Source: Felis catus
Taxonomy: Eukaryota
Direction of reading: 5' to 3'
DNA length: 64,000 nt
Assembly (NCBI RefSeq): GCF_018350175.1
Contig: NC_058368.1
Location: 164,922,001 to 164,986,000 of the forward strand
The notes beneath the pieces were generated by a model. It saw only the letters and a program-made list of their open reading frames with translations. It did no database searches and was not told the origin of the DNA. Position 1 is the stretch's first letter. Every line of letters starts with the position of its first letter. The translations under genes and the position numbers were made by a program. Below are positions 51,956 through 64,000 of this stretch, one piece after another.

Positions 51956-53029
51956 GAAGCAATCTGTTTTCATATCACTGCTTCCAATGATTGTTAGTTT
52001 GGTCTGTAGGTCTTTCTTGTTGAGGAAGTGGAGTTCTCATTACTTAATAGTCTGCATGCAGTGGGAAAGGATGCCCATCTTGAGAAAGAAGTAAAATTAT
52101 TCCTCCAAAATACTAATTCATTTTCTTTATTTGAAAACCACTTGTTAAGCATTTATTTTGCCAACATATATTCTAGGCTCTCACAATAAGAGTGATTTTG
52201 CAAATTTCTTTCCCTATGGAGAAATATTGCTTATGCAATTTGATGCACTACTATATATCTGAGTATTTTATTTCTCTGCTTGAACTTTTGGGATGAGCAG
52301 CATGGGAAGGCAGCTCCAACTTGTTTACAGTTTGGACCATGATTTTTAATTTACTGTTTGTGAACCTAGGATTTCGAGGTTCACTCTAGGATTTCATCTC
52401 AAGACCAAAGAAATACAAACCAACAATGTTGATACAGAAAAATCAATAAACAAATAAATACTCTTTTCTCCTAAAGTCTGGTGAAGGTCATTCTGACACT
52501 TTTTGAGACAGCAACCTATTAATTAGTACAATCCACTTGTGGTTTTGAATATGAGATAACATGTTCAGCAACAAGAAACCTTGTTAGCAATTTTCTCAAA
52601 CCATCACATTCAGGGTATCCTTAGTAGTCAATGCCATCCTTTTGGGCTAGCATTTTTTCTGGAAGGTGATAAGGTATAACTATGACAGTTCTGATAGGGT
52701 TTGTGCTCTCAGATTCTTTAAACACTGCTGGAGTAAATGTAAATCCTTTGTCAAAACCAATACTTGTCAGCTACCCATGTGTTGCAAATAACTGCAACAG
52801 AGCTATTATTTTAGAGTCTGAAGTGTGAATTGGATTTAGAAGCACTTCCCATTATTTTGAGGTAAAATCCATTATAGTCAAGATATACTTTCATTGCATT
52901 GGTCCAGTTCTATCAAAATGGAATCTTAAGCAATACTTTTTGGTCATTTTTTACCAAAAAAAAAAAAGTAGGAGAATTTGTTTGGTGATTATACCCATGC
53001 TGAAAATACGTAATTTTTTTTAAAGGAAA

Positions 53030-53360
53030 TTTGAATTTGAATATGAGCTAAATCCTCTCTCTAGATATTTCTTCTTCATGCCCTATGCTAATTGAGAACC
53101 TGTTTCACAACATTTGTACTCTGGGACTCAGTCTAATGAAGAAGTTGCCTTCTGGAACATTGCCAATTAGTGTTTCATAGGACAGAGATATTTCAAACCA
53201 ACATCTGGCATTGAAAAATATTCTGCTTGGAACTGACACACACCAAGTCTGATAGCCAAGATTGATTTCAGTAGGGTGGGGATATATAACCTTCCCACAG
53301 TGAGGAGTACCATGGAAAAAGAAATTAGAATATTTGATACATAATATTTACATCTACCTT
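53030..53360 (-). mobile_element. MaLR (MLT1-like) LTR relic
   Basis: ttctgcttggaactgacaca...gtagggtgggatatataaccttcccacag resembles antisense MLT1. Confidence 0.45.
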
Positions 53361-54426
53361 GGTGGTAAACTGTTGGAAATTAAATGACATAATATCTGTC
53401 ATGTGATATTTTATAGTCAGTCTTTTTCTAACAGTCATGAGCAAGAGAAGTTTATATTTATTTTGAAGTGATAATGCTGGTATAAAACACTTATGACTTT
53501 GTCATAAGTAGCACATGCCATCTTAGCAAATCCACTGAGTATTGCTAAAAGAGTACATTGTGAAATACTATATAACAGTTATCTTTGTAAAGGTGGAAAA
53601 AGTACTCTATAAATGTATTAGTATCAGGAAGGTTTGAAAATCTTATTTTGACATTGAAAACCCTAAATTATACCTCCTTATGACATACCCACAGTGAGCC
53701 AAATCCCAGGAGCATTGATGTGGCAGCTAAACTTGTGGCACTAAGTGATACACTCCCCCATTTTTTTCACTCAAAAACTCCTATATCCTATAAGAATCTA
53801 TCTGAAGTCATTCTGATGGTCAGTCATCTATATGTTCTATGAACATGACTCTGAAATTTAAATATTTGAAAGCCTTAGGGTTAATATAAAAAGGAATAAA
53901 TAAAAAAATCTAAACTGAAGTTAATTTTCTATAGAAATAACTTTAATAAGTGATATAATAATCCATAATTAGCCCAATATTTTCCTTCCAGTGAGGAAAG
54001 AAAAAAATCACACTTTCTGAGCAAGCATAGTTCTTTTGGTAAATGAATGGCAGTTTTGTGCACCATTCCTCCTTCCATATTAAAATAGCCCAGTGCCATG
54101 ACACATATCTTGGACAACAGGGTGTATACTATTAAGTTTCAGTTTTTCTAACTCTCTGAGCTAGACAACTCTGTTCAGTTTAAAAGCTATATGAGTACTG
54201 GAAGCCTGATGATTTAAACACCTATGACAGTTTAGTTAAAGATAATTTCTTGATGAACGTGACAAGGCAGCTTGTACGAGATTTTGCTCCAGAAGCAAGT
54301 TTTGGGTATAGGTTTGCTCAAGTGCTTATTTCACATTATATTTCCATTCTCTGTGATTACTTGGCCTCATCCAAGCTTCTGGCTTTTTCTCCTATACTTT
54401 GCACCCCCATCAAAAGTTACTTTCAA

Positions 54427-54606
54427 GGGTCCCTGGGTGGCTCAGATCGTGACCTCATGGTCCATGGGTTCAAGCCCTACTTCAGGCTCTGTTCTGACAG
54501 TGCAGAGCCTGGAGCCTGCTTCATATTCTGTGTCTCCTTCTCTGTGTGCCTCGCTCCTTCTTGTGCTCTATCTCTCTCTCTCTCAAAAATAAATAAACAT
54601 TTTTTA
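54427..54606 (+). mobile_element. CanSINE with internal head deletion
   Basis: TSD aaaagttactttc. The head jumps from ggctcag to atcgtgacctc. Confidence 0.9.
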
Positions 54607-54951
54607 AAAAGTTACTTTCCAGCAATACTTGCTATTCTTTTTACTTTCCAAGTCATAACCCAGCTTCACATGTCCACATATTGCAAATGTTGGCCCTTTA
54701 CTTTAGCAGTGTCCCACCCCACATTTCATCTAATACAGCTTCTGAAAACACAGCATAAATTTTCATATTTTCTATGGAGGCCATGATAATATAACAGATA
54801 GAGCTCTTGCCAAAGGAAGCATTGATGAGTGGCTCTGCTATTTCTGCCCCAATGCTTATTATAAGGCCATGCTTCTCATGGGCCACTCCTGGCATGAGTA
54901 CAATGGTTGGTTGATTCCTGCAAAACCTAGGACTCCTCTGACACTTGGCTT

Positions 54952-55184
54952 AATTAATTTATTTTTTTTAATTTTGTTTAATGTTTATTTATTTTTGAGA
55001 GAGAGAGACAGAGAGAGACAGAGCTGGGGAGGAACAGAGAAAGAGGGAGACACAGAATCCAAAACAGGCTCCAGGCTCTGAGCTGTCAGCACAGGGCCCG
55101 ACACGGGGCTCAAACTCACAAACCATGAGATCATGACCTGAGCCGAAGCCGGACGCTCAACCGACTGAGCCACCCAGGCGCCCC
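54952..55184 (-). mobile_element. CanSINE inserted in the 5' LTR
   Basis: Perfect 13-bp TSD tgacacttggctt. Confidence 0.96.
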
Positions 55185-55448
55185 TGACACTTGGCTTTAG
55201 TTCATGGATTTTCTGTTGCTGTGACCAGATCTTCCTTAGAGGTAGGCTACAGTCTGAAACTCTTCCTACCCAGTGCTACTTCTTTCCTGCTCTCCTTCCC
55301 AGAAGTCAGACCTTCATCATGCTTTCTCTGACTCCTTCCCCTTTCTTCCTTACATGTGTTTCCCCAATAAACGTCTTGCACAAATAATCCCATCTTAGCA
55401 TCTTTTCTCTGAGGATCTAACTAACACAGATTTTACTGAAAGTGGCCC

Positions 55449-55451
<3 letters not shown>

Positions 55452-55501
<50 letters not shown>

Positions 55502-55505
55502 ACAC
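55452..55505. repeat. (CA)n microsatellite
   Basis: About 26 CA units with one interruption. Confidence 0.97.
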
Positions 55506-58500
55506 GGCAAGATTGGTATTGAAGACAGAATTAGTCATTACCTCACAAGTGAAAAAGATGCTGTCCTAAGTGGTAGGTAAGGTATAGAGACTCTCTGGTA
55601 CAAGACAGTAAGCTAATTGATAATGATTTCAACACCAGAACTATGTCCCTGTGGAAGGAAATGCCTTTTTAAGTGAAATGATTCAGGCATCTAAAAAAAT
55701 ATGAATATAAGGGGATGCATCAAAAAAGGCAGTAGGCTTCTACATTATATTGATGCCCTCCAAAGGGATAATGAGAAACTGAGGGATGTAAACACATAGT
55801 TAATGGCTAAATATGAGCTTGAGATGGTCTCTTTGGTAACTTAAAAGGAGACTTATCTCCTGGAATAGAAGAACAAATACAGCAGCAAACTGAATATTTG
55901 ATCATTATAGTTGCAAAACTCCTAAGACATCTGAAAACCCCTTTAAGGTAGATCTGCTGTGCTAAGATCAAAGTCTTTCTCTGGGGCCCTGAAACATGGG
56001 TTAGGGACATCTGGAAGGATGTCCATGTAGATAATGACTCTACAGATTGGCAGAGCCCATCCATTCCCAGTAAGATCTAGTTTTTCCTCTCTGCTCTAAG
56101 ACACTGCACAGTCCTCTTTCCCACAAGGCAACACGTGCTACCCTCAACAGACAATCCTACTCCTTCTGACTGCTAGGCTGATAATTATAGTTAGATCCCA
56201 CCATACCCTAAGTAAGGACCTGCTGAGCCTACCAAGGAAAAGAGGTACAGTACACTAATGAACTACAAAAATGAGGAGGATGTATATACAAGAGTGAAGA
56301 TGTACCACTGTGCTTGGATTTTGAGAGTACTTGATCAGAAGTTTGAAATACAAGACCACAAAAGCAAGAATTCATTGATACAGGGAGTTTGAACCAAACT
56401 TGAGTTTTTAACACCTTGATAAGGACCCCCAGCAATGGGGAGATGCTAGGGTTGCCTTTAGAAATCCAGAAAAACTGTGGTTAAAATATTAAGTAAAATA
56501 GAATGCCTGAGTTTCCCTGGAAGAAAGTAGAGAAAGGAATAAGGAAGCTGAGGCAATGGGCATGTTGGAATGGATATGTTATGTGAGGTAAGAAGACCTA
56601 TCATATAGTTGTGCTTTACAGGAGGGCCCAGAGATCACACGGTTCATCAAAGCCATCAGCATGTGCTGCTTAGAGGAGCACAGGACCACTAAGAGGTTTG
56701 GTGGCTCTCCTCTATAGAAGAGGGCTGACAGTGGGAAAAGTTATCTCAGAGCTGGGCATTATAATATATATGGGGTGATGTTACTCCAAAATAATAGAAT
56801 CTAGGTGTCAGTGCTTGAAATCCAGAAGATGGGGGGCATTTATACTACAAAGATTGTCAAGGTCAAATAGACGGCCAATGGAGCTTCACCCAAATGGAGT
56901 TGTGGAGATGATTAATAGAGCAATGAGTCCCTAGACAAAATAGATGCGTAGGCAACAAGTGTGCTTATTGACGTCTGTAACTTTTTCCCCTAAAAAATAA
57001 GAATGGAGACACAGGGGTTTGGAGAGTCACCTCAATAAAAGTTCAGTGTCCAGACCTGTGCTAATTTTTAGGTATGAAAGACACTGACTAAAGAGGTGAT
57101 CAGTTCCCTAGGAGGAAAGACCATGCAACATGACAGAACATTATAGGCTGTGAGATTCCCCCTCATATCACTGTACATTTAAAAAAGGGGAATTAATACA
57201 CATTTGAAGACCATTGAACACAGAGTTTGAGTGTGAGGTGATATTGATAACTGAAGACCCAAAGCATTACCCAGGCCCCTCTGTGAGAGTAGAAGCTTAC
57301 GCATGACAGGAAATAAAGGGAGTGATGATTACATGTAATGGTTAATGTCTAACTAACTCATGGTGGGACCACTCTGTCCGTGGATCTAACCAATGATTGT
57401 TTCCTCAGTCTCTAAATGTAAAGTTAGACTTCATTTGGCAGTTAGAGTAATACTCATATTGGGTTCTTGGTTTGTGGATCAAGAAGTAGGAAACTTGGGG
57501 AAAGCCAAGTTGCAACTTCTTAAAATCCCATCCTTCTTCCAGGTAACATAGTAAACACTAAATGAAATCTCTTTCTCAGAGGTATGTGAGAGATTCTTAC
57601 TACCATTAAAAATCTAAAGGTTGTAGAGGTCATCCTTTTTTTCTTTTTTTTAGTCTCCATTTAATTCACTAGTCTGCATCTGCAGAAACTCAGATTTAGA
57701 GAATGACTATAGACTGCTACAGACTATAGAGCTACAGACATAACAGACATACGGCTCTGGTTATGGCTGCTTTGCTGGATGAAGCATCATTTTTTGGACA
57801 GGTTAATAAGGTATCAAGTACATAGTGTATAGCTGTTGATTTGGATAATGGGTGCCCTTCCATTCTGATAATAAAAGAAAGTCAGAAACAGTTCACATTC
57901 ATATAGTATAAAAGTAACGAGTATTCATTTAAATTTTTACTTCAGGAATACTTGAATGCTCTCTCTCCTCTGTCATAACCTCTATTATAGTCTGAACCGA
58001 ATTGCCTGAGAATCCCACGGAATATGACTCTGATTCTTTATATAAATGACACCCTATTGATTTCACAGAGTGAGGAAGAGGAGGATAGTTCATTGGCAGC
58101 CTTGGTAAGACATATGTGTCACATATGATGAAAAGTAAACTCTGCAAAGATTTAGGAATTAGCCACTCCATAAAGTTTCCAAGCTCTAGTATTCAGGAGT
58201 GTGTCATAAACCACCCCAAAGTAAAGGGAATATTGATGCATCATGCATCCTTTACCACGAAGAAGGAAGCACAATACCTGGTAGGCATCATTGGGATCTG
58301 GGGCAACATACTCCATACCTTGGAGTGCTATCTTGGACTGTACCTCAGATGACATGGACAGCTGCCAACTTTTAGGAAGGCCCAAAGGAGGAAGAACCTG
58401 TTGCTGCAGTTGGTGTCAAGGCCACAATTTTCACCATTAGCTATCACCTTGACAGAATGTTACAGATCACTCCAGTAACTTTCTCTATTTTCCCCTCAGC

Positions 58501-58595
58501 AAGTGAGCCCATGGAAACCAAGCACGATGTGCTCCCTAAAGCTGAATTCAGAAATAGATATTTGCAGTACAAGTGGACTGTGGCAGGCATAAAAA

Positions 58596-58632
58596 TATTC
58601 TATTAAGATACCTGCTATTCTATTAAGATACC
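58596..58632. repeat. Short tandem duplication in the 3' LTR
   Basis: tattctattaagatacc occurs twice with a 20-bp period. Confidence 0.9.
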
Positions 58633-59189
58633 GTAAGTGATGGACAGCTGAAGCTACTGTGCTCTGAATCCATCACCACATTCATGCACAGGCCATGCTT
58701 TTCACTGGTTACTCCCAAATGAACACAAGACAATACTAAGGAAGACCAATTTCTGCAAAATTCAGGACTCCTCTGACAGATGATGTTGTTTTAAGGACTC
58801 CCCATCAACCTGTCCAAAACTTTCTTAAAGACTTGCTGCAATCTGAGATCCTTCCTATCTAACTTTTTCATTCCCTTTCACTATCGCGGGGGTCATAATC
58901 TGCTATGTTCTGACAGGTCTTCCTGCCTCTGCCAGCTTCCTCCTTTTTTCCGCTCATAAGCATTTCCTCCAATAAATCTCTTGTACTTCTGTTTTCATTT
59001 TGGCATCTGTATCTTTGAGGACCTGAACTAATATTTCTTCCCATAAGCATGAAACTGAGATGTTATCCACAATTAACTCTCTAGTAGTCATAGTCTTTCT
59101 GGACTAGTACTTTAACAAATACACTTTTAAATTATATCAAATGAACTTTTTTCAAGTGAACTTATTTTATTAGACTTTATAACTTGTTT

Positions 59190-59412
59190 TCTTTGTTTGT
59201 TTGTTTTTAGTTTAAGTAGAGTTGACACCCAATGTTACATTAGTTTAAGGTATTCAACATAATGATTCAGCATCTCTGTATGTTATTTATGCTTATCACA
59301 AGTGTAGTCACCATCTTTCACCACGCAATTCTATTACAATACCACTGACTATATTCCCTGTGCTTTACCTTTTATTCCCTTGACTATTCTTTCCATAAAT
59401 AGAAGTCTGTAC
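59190..59412 (-). mobile_element. Carnivore L1 3' end fragment
   Basis: tttaagtagagttgacacccaatgttacattagttt... is a typical carnivore L1 3' terminus after a T-rich tail. Confidence 0.8.
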
Positions 59413-60222
59413 TTTTTTCTTTAGACAGTTGGTAAAACTTGATGGGTACGATTTCCTGAGGAGGCAGCTTCAAAGTTCCTCTCTGATGACAAACCAGTCT
59501 TTTTCCATCCCTACACCCATAACCTTGATTGTGATTATCTATTCCTCCAACTCACTGTATGTATACACATATACACTCTATACTTTTGTATAAGATTGAA
59601 TATCCCTTAATATTACCACATGAGGAGGAGGGGATGCGTTGAAAACAGAAATCAGCATGCATATTTCACCAAAGTTCCCTAGGACCCACCAACTTCTATG
59701 TATAATGCCACTTTAACATTAACATCTCACATCTCAATGAGTTACTGACTTCAGAGTCCTTTCCCCCAGGAATTGCTGTTCTTCCAGCATTACATATGTA
59801 TGCTATATTTGGCATGGTGCAAACATTGGACAACAATTGGAGAATTAGGGAGAGTCTTTTTTGTTGATGCTGTTTTGTCTTTGTTATTGTTTTGTCTCTT
59901 TCATTAGTAGGTCATGAAAGGAACATGTATATGAGGCAATGCCACCAAGCTGAAGCTGTGTTAGGCTCAAGATAACATGATCTATATGTATTAGTGCTAT
60001 TTTCATTTCGTTTCACATAATAAAGTGTATAACATTTGTCTTCCTGCCTGAACACAGTTCTTTTTCAGATTAGTTTCTCATATTATTATCATGAATTATG
60101 TTTTAGATCTTTTTACTAGATAGTTCACTCTCAACGTAGATATCCTCATTTTCTGCTTCTAGATTTAACTTGATCTTTCTTTCTAAAAAGAAACAAAAAA
60201 ACAACCAACTACGTTTATGAAC

Positions 60223-60678
60223 TGTGCCAAGCAGAATGGTCTCTCAAAGATGTTCATACTTTAATCCCTGAATCTAGTGACCATGTTGTGTTACATGGCA
60301 AAGGAATTTGCATATATAATTGATGTTATGAACTATAAAATAAAGAGGTGATCCTGGATTATCTGGATGGGACTAATCTAATCATATGACCCTTTTAAAG
60401 CAGAAAATGTTCAGACAGAGGCCTCTAGGAGAAGCAAGGGCTTCAGTTGTGCAACTTCAATGAACTGGATTCTGCTAACATTCTGAAGTGAGCATGGAAG
60501 CAAATTCTTCCAAGAGACTCCTGATGGGAGTCCAGTCATCTGTTATCTTTATTTCAGTCTTATTAAACCAGGAGCAGAGAAACCAGCCAGGCCAACCAGA
60601 CTTTTGACCTATAAATTTGTATTATTTTAAATCACTAAGTTTGTGATAATTTGTTACAGAAGCAATGGAAAACTAATA
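60223..60678 (+). mobile_element. MaLR solo LTR (MLT1D-like)
   Basis: tgtg...cagaat...ctcaaagatgttc...cctggattatctggatgggactaatctaatca...tttgttacagaagcaatggaaaactaata. Confidence 0.85.
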
Positions 60679-60813
60679 AGTAGATTATCCATAATCACCT
60701 TTTTTTGCCCACCCCAGCAAATTCAGTCATCTACTCTGTGCAACCTGTGTATTGTTTTAATGTGCCTACTATTTTATTAGACTGTATAACTTGTTTTAAA
60801 ATCCCCATCTTTC

Positions 60814-61037
60814 GGGGTGCCTGGGTGGCTCAGTTGGTTGAGCATCTGACTTCGGCTCAGGTCATGATCTCACAGCTTTGGGTTCGAGCCCTGCATCAGG
60901 CTCTGTGCTGACAGCTCAGAGCCTGGAGCCCGGAGCGTGCTTCGGATTCTGTGTCTCCCTCTCTCTGCCCCTCTCCCACTCGTGCTGTGTCTCTGTTTCT
61001 CTCTCTGTCAAAAATAAACATTAAAAATTTTTTTTTT
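60814..61037 (+). mobile_element. CanSINE
   Basis: TSD aaatccccatctttc; small internal duplication gagcctggagcccggagc. Confidence 0.96.
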
Positions 61038-61959
61038 AAATCCCCATCTTTCTAACTAGTCTATGAGATCCTTGAAGGTTGCATTTATGTTTAAATTTCT
61101 GATGCCTAGTACAGTAGTTGAACTTTTGAAATAAAAAAAAAGAACAGTATTTAGTAATGGCGCAGGTGGTATAATATTTCACCCACATATAAGGAGTTTA
61201 AACACTACATAAATGATCAAAGCTTAAGTAATTTTCTTTATTGCAAAATATTCCACCTTAGCTTTAAGTGAGTTAGTGAAATATTTTTAATCCAAATGAT
61301 ATTAGTTTTCACATATCAACTCCAAAGTGCACAGAAAACATTTTGTAGGAACCTATTTACATATTTCTTCAAAAAAATGCATTACATACTGATTCCTAAA
61401 AGATTTTTATGCCTCTATATTTCTCCTTGTAATGCTGAAAAAACATTTTTCTATAGAGTAATCATATTTTATAGTCAAACACAGCTTTCCACAGTATCAG
61501 TTGTGTGGTTATTTAATCTTAAAGAATATTTCACAGTGGGCCTTCATAGTTGATAACATGATTGTATTACATAAACTGGATATCATCATTACTCATTGCT
61601 GAAATCCCTAAACAAATCAGGACTTCAGTCTTGCACTCTTGAGTACTCTTACAAATACCCTACTTTCTATCAGCCCTTGACTTTCTGTATTTAATATCAT
61701 ACCTAAATTTTGTTAATGTGTGCAATACATGTAACCTAGGTAATTTGGCTCCCACATCAATAATTCATTTATAATGTGTAGCCCCATGCTTGGCAACATT
61801 ACTCAATAAATAGCAGTACATATTATTGTGGTTTTATGGTTAATTGTTAATTAATTATTAATATTTTTGGATTTTCATGTGATCATTTCATAGAGAATGT
61901 ATATTCTGGATTTTTGACTCTGAGGAGACAGAATAGGCAATCATCTGAAATCATGTTTG

Positions 61960-62500
61960 ACATGTGTCCCAATTATTTATTGATATGTAACAGATTACTC
62001 CAGAAGATAATGAGTTAAAACAATGATCTTCCTAATATAGCTCCCTTATTTGTGGGACAGGAATTCTGGCTGGACTTGATGAGTGAGTCTTCTGTTCTAT
62101 GCGGTGTCAAAAGGAGTCACTTGGTGGTACTCAGCTGGCAGGCAGGCTAGTCTGGAGGGTACATGATGGCCTCAGTCACATGTCTGGGGTGTTTGCAGGG
62201 ATGTAGCTGGAGGGCTTGTCTCAGCTCGTGCTATTGACTTAACTGCCTGCAGTAGACTTTAGCATGGTGGTGTTAAAAATTCAGACTTCTTAGATGGGGG
62301 ATCTGGATACCAAGGGCAAGTATATTAACAAACACATGAGAAATTGCAAGGCCTTTTGAAGTGCAGTATTGAAATTCTCATGGTATTCTTCCATTATAAT
62401 CTCTTGGTTGATACAGTCACAAGCTCATCCAGATTCAGAACAAGGGCATATTCTATAGGAAGAGCATCAGAGGATTTATAATCATAGTTTAAAACTCATA
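61960..62500 (-). mobile_element. MaLR LTR (MLT1F/H-like) relic
   Basis: tgtgggacaggaattctggctgg...cagtcacatgtctgg...cagtcacaagctcatccagattca. Confidence 0.7.
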
Positions 62501-63190
62501 TGATTGCATTTGGGGGGACACTCTTATATCTGGGAAATTATCTATTCCTAATAAAAATACTGTTTCACTTAAACCAGAATCTGTGTAACATCTGTGTTAT
62601 GTAGTGAAAAATAAAAATAAGTGGAACTTTCTTCAACTATTTCAGTTTTTTTATTTAGTTTTGAGAGAGACATATATATCATCATATAACTTTTATATTA
62701 GAAATTTCTTTCGAAATAAACTATTAAAATACAAGTACTGTTTTGTCATTGTAGATAGTGGTTTTTACTATCTGTTTTGAGAGTCACTTGTATGTTATAT
62801 GAACCGATAACTAATATTATAGATGAAAATAATTTTTTTCTATAACACTGTAAGTTTACTTGATCTTCATCTTAAGGGGAACAGTAAGAATTAATGTACA
62901 TGGCACAAGAAGTAGGGCTTTTAGTTTCTTGGAGAAAAGTAAGTTTGACAATATTACAGCATATAAATTACAAAAAAGTTGAATGAATATCACCAGTGAT
63001 TCCCAAAGCAGCAGAAGTGTGCAGAAGTTCTGATTGGGATCTCACATTCTATCATTTTCTAAACACTTTGAAGTGAAATTGCCCTTTGCTTTGGGTTGCT
63101 CAGATCCTCCCCTCTCCCCCACTCCCAGAGAGTATCCTAAGCTTGTTAACAGAAAATAAATTTGTTGGATACCAATAAGAAAAAGGCAAG

Positions 63191-63430
63191 GAGGACATCT
63201 GGGTGGTTCATTTGGTTAAGTTTCCAACTCTTGGTTTCAGCTCAGGTCATGATCTCATGGCTTCATGGGTTGGAGCCCCCACACTGGGCTCTGTGCTGGT
63301 GATGTGAAGCCTGCTTGGGATTCTCTCTTTCCCCCTTTTCATCTCCCTCTTTCTCTGCCCCTCCCCTACTTGTGCTCTCTCTCTCAAAATAAATAAATAT
63401 ATAAATACTTAAAAAAAAAAAGAAAAGAAA
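63191..63430 (+). mobile_element. CanSINE
   Basis: Head, CT segment and A-tail. TSD-like aaaaaggcaagga/aagaggcaagga. Confidence 0.93.
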
Positions 63431-63540
63431 AGAGGCAAGGAATTCACAGTCCACCAATAACATGGTTGTTTACTAATACAAAACTATTCTTGGTTAACTC
63501 CATTCTGAAACACAGCAGAAAACAACCACACTAAAAAACA

Positions 63541-63578
63541 AACACATACACACAGACACACAGACACACACACACACA
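63541..63578. repeat. Imperfect (CA)n
   Basis: Visible directly. Confidence 0.85.
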
Positions 63579-63709
63579 GTAACACATGAGGATATTAATC
63601 TCTACAGTTGTAAAATGAACTAGCATTGAATAATTTCAAGTTTGCATTTTTAATTAGGGTCAAGAAAAAATCTGGTGAAATACTCAAGTGGCTTAACTTT
63701 TTGTTCTTT

Positions 63710-63895
63710 GCAAACTGGTACAGCCACTCTGGAAAACAGTGTGGATGTTCCTCAAAAAATTAAAAATAGAACTACCCTATGACCCAGCAGTTGCATCACT
63801 AGGAATTTATCCAAAGGATACAAAAATGTTGATCTGAAGGGGAACATGCACCCCAGTGTTTACAGCAGCAATATCAACAACAGCCAAATTATGGA
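63710..63895 (+). mobile_element. Carnivore L1 ORF2 3' fragment
   Basis: gcaaactggtacagccactctggaaaacagtgtgg ([11 protein letters not shown]) is homologous to the L1 near 9300. Confidence 0.9.
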
Positions 63896-64000
63896 ATATA
63901 AACCATATATAATAAGTATAAATAAATATACCAGATAAATAAAATACACAATATAAAATAAGTATGATATCAGTGGCATATATAAGAAAGAGGTATCATG

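Larger units (their letters stand above)
54773..59033 (+). mobile_element. Ancient ERVL provirus with two LTR16-like LTRs (54773-55426; 58579-59033) and decayed gag/pro/pol
   Basis: Both LTRs share gcaaaa...ggactcctctgaca and ccaataaa...cttg...catct...gagga...aactaa endings. Pol relic VKGILMHHASFTTKKEAQYLVGIIGIW resembles the ERVL motif TTKKEAQRLVGLFGFW. PPT-like aagtggac precedes the 3' LTR. Confidence 0.8.

Noticed and set aside
54250..54786. 178-aa ORF
   Set aside because: Runs through a CanSINE, starts at a non-ATG codon, and shows no splice or homology support.
1..64000. CRISPR array, operon-type system or CpG-island promoter
   Set aside because: This is mammalian DNA. There is no repeat-spacer periodicity, and CpG-rich patches are short and mostly confined to young repeats.

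Overview
Mammalian, AT-rich, repeat-dominated genomic DNA from a cat-family carnivore, judged from the felid-type tRNA-derived CanSINEs and LINE-1. It looks intronic or 3'-flanking, with no CpG island or clear promoter and no complete protein-coding gene. Main contents: (1) a ~4.4-kb minus-strand L1 (8701-13066) with a near-complete but disrupted ORF2, whose 5'UTR is joined directly to the last ~60 codons of ORF1 at what looks like a splice junction (a candidate spliced integrated retrotransposed element); (2) a full-length, TSD-flanked, dead MAX processed pseudogene (28449-30467, minus) carrying two nested SINEs; (3) two candidate minus-strand exons of an unidentified host gene (49343-49484 and from 23953 downward) with compatible phases and two readable frames; (4) a 155-bp polyadenylated orphan insertion with a perfect 16-bp TSD (51801-51955); (5) a twin-primed, 5'-inverted L1 fragment (30907-31178); (6) an LTR nested in an LTR that also carries a 79-bp tandem duplication; (7) an ancient two-LTR ERVL provirus (54773-59033); and (8) many CanSINEs, MIR/L2/old L1 relics, MER53, a Tigger2-type MITE, MaLR LTRs and microsatellites. 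Repeat family names come from recalled consensus sequences, not from a database search.
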